Positions 61,950-64,000 of a DNA stretch of 64,000 nucleotides are shown piece by piece. A program made the translations under genes and the position numbers. Below the pieces are notes generated by a model. It saw nothing but the letters and a program-made list of their open reading frames with translations, was not told where the DNA came from and searched no databases. How positions within the stretch are numbered: position 1 is the first letter of the stretch; each line of letters begins with the position of its first letter. Source of the stretch: an uncultured candidate division Zixibacteria bacterium (GTDB taxonomy: Bacteria > Zixibacteria > MSB-5A5 > GN15 > FEB-12); NCBI GenBank assembly GCA_963806185.1, contig CAWDXE010000004.1, positions 96,001-160,000 of the forward strand, in the 5' to 3' direction.

Positions 61950-64000
61950 GTGTCCGAAGACGCCAAAACTGACGTTCGTACCAAGGCCGATGAGCAAGCC
62001 AAGCCTGCCGTGCCCGCGGTCACGCTCACCATTGACGGACGGCAGACCACCGTCCCTAAAGGCACCACCGTGCTTCGGGCCTCCCTTGATATGGGTATCA
62101 AGATTCCCTTTTTCTGCTGGCACCCCAAGCTCAAGCCGGTCGGCGCCTGCCGCATGTGTTACGTCGAAATCGAAAAGATGCCCAAGCTCCAGGTCTCGTG
62201 TGCCACAGAATGCACCGAAGGCATGATCGTCCACACCGATTCCCAGCAGGTGCTCGACGGACGCCGGGCCATCATCGAATTCACGCTGCTCAACCATCCG
62301 CTCGACTGCCCCACCTGCGACAAGGGGGGAGAGTGCGATTTGCAGGACTTGACTGTCGCACACGGCTACGACGACTCCCGCTTCGATTTCGAAAAGCACC
62401 GGCATATCGAAGACGAAGTGCACACCACTTTCGACGATCTGCCGATCGGCCCGGAGATCATTCTCAACCGCAATCGCTGCATCCTTTGTTACAAGTGCGT
62501 TCGCTCAAACAAAGAGGCTTTCGGCGAATACGATCTGGGCGCCTTCGAGCGTGGCGATCATACCGAAATCAACGCCGCCCCGAATCAGCAGGTCGACAAT
62601 CCCTTCTCCGGCAACCTGGTCGAGATCTGCCCGGTTGGCGCGCTGACCAATACCGATTGGCGCTACAAAATCCGCGTCTGGCTCACCGAAAAAATCGCCG
62701 CCGTTGATCCCTTTGGCTCATCCGGCATTAACATTAATCTTCAGCCGCGAACAGCATCAGAACAAGATCTTCCGCATCACGTCGCGGCGTAACGACGATA
62801 TCGATGACGGCTGGTTGCCCGACGTCACCCGCTACGGCTACCAGCTGGTGCAGTCCATCGAACGTCTGCAGAAACCGCTCATCAAGAAAAACGGCCAACA
62901 GGTGCAGGCGACGTGGGAAGAAGCCTTGGCCGTCATTGCCATGCGCCTCAAATCGATCAATGAGCAGCGCGGTTCCGTCTGTATCGGCGGCCTCGCCGGC
63001 CCTCAGCTCGATAACGGTTCTCTCTACGCCTTCAACAAGTTTTTGCGTACCGTCATCGGCACCAATGCCGTCGACTCTCGCTACGACTACAAGCACCTGC
63101 CCGCGACCGGCGATTCAATCTGGCAGGCCGCGTCGTCGCGACCGTTCTCGATCAACCAGATCGACGCCTCCGATGTCATCGTCACCTTCGGCACCGATCT
63201 CCTTCGCGAACACCCCAACGAATACCTGCGCATTCGTAAGGCCTGCGCCTTCAACAATGCCCGGTACTTTGCCGTCAATCCGTATGCGACCAAAACGGCC
63301 GACGTCGCCCGGCTGGAATTGACCTACACTCCCGGCACCGACGAGCTGATGCTCACCGCCATCTGTCTGGCCGCCATCGAAGAAAATCTGGTTCCACCGG
63401 CTGAAGCTTCCGCTCTCAAGGCCAAATTGCCGTCCACCTCGCTCAAAGAACTCGTCGAGGTGTGTGGAGTCGACGAATCGGAATTGAAATTCCTGGCCCG
63501 CGCCATCGCGGAAGGGAAGAAGGTCACCTTCTTCGCCGGCGAACTGGTCAGCACCAGCATCGCTCGCGAGACGATCGCCTCCGCGCTGTCCAATCTGAAT
63601 CGTCTCTTCGGTCTCGATCAGAAGGGCCAACTGGCTATCCTGCCGCGCCATGCCAATAGCAATGGCGCTGATCGCCTTGGCGCGGTCGCGACTCCTCTGC
63701 CGCAGGTCAAAGACGCGCTGAAAAAACTCTGGGGAGAATTCCCCGATACCGACCCCTGCAACACCGACGAGATGTTCGCCCGTGCCCGTAAAGACGAACT
63801 CGATGCCATGCTGATAATCGGCGCCAACCCGGTCATGCTCTACCCCGATCGCGAATTTGCCCGCGAAGCCATCGATAAACTCGACTTCCTGGTAGTCGCC
63901 GACCTCTTTGAAACCGACACCACCGCTCTCGCCGACGTTGTCCTGCCCCTTACCAGTTGGGCCGAACAAGCCGGCGACTTCATCAATCTGGAAAACAAGG
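61950..64000 (+). CDS. nuoG: NADH-quinone oxidoreductase subunit G, partial (indel near 62737)
   Basis: IPFFCWHPKL, GACRMC, NHPLDCPTCDKGGECDLQD, RCILCYKCVR, ICPVGAL; continues in a shifted frame into the molybdopterin-like domain (ADVVLP...E..G.FIN) to the window end. Confidence 0.92.

Overview
GC-rich bacterial chromosomal segment from a diderm organism. The gene content (SprA, a T9SS-type C-terminal domain, PEP-CTERM proteins, selAB, Ior-Buk-Ptb) suggests an FCB-related lineage such as Zixibacteria; this is inference only. In order it holds: the murB 3' end, sprA, an M28/glutaminyl-cyclase-like lipoprotein, selA-selB, an amidohydrolase, nfeD-stomatin, an AT-richer SIR2 + NDT-like + HEPN fusion gene, prsW, a redoxin/DsbD-N pair, an ABC exporter, an Rrf2-led suf operon, mntP, two paralogous PEP-CTERM genes flanking a divergent aceK inside a cluster of REP-like palindromes, iorAB-buk-ptb-ptb with a Rex-like operator, manC-SPOR-tsaC-ywlE-DUF3108, an ftcD-led operon ending in an ECF S component and an outer-membrane barrel, an HD/MFS/PHP operon ending in a small gene resembling the eukaryotic phosphohistidine phosphatase PHPT1, and nuoA-G (partial). 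Many conserved genes carry single-base indels, especially at 13.5-30 kb, most likely long-read assembly errors, so gene boundaries there were reconstructed by eye. The top leads are the PHPT1-like gene, the SIR2-NDT-HEPN candidate defence gene, the unclassified structured leader of ftcD, the complementary-degenerate Ptb pair and the His-containing uORF in front of mntP.
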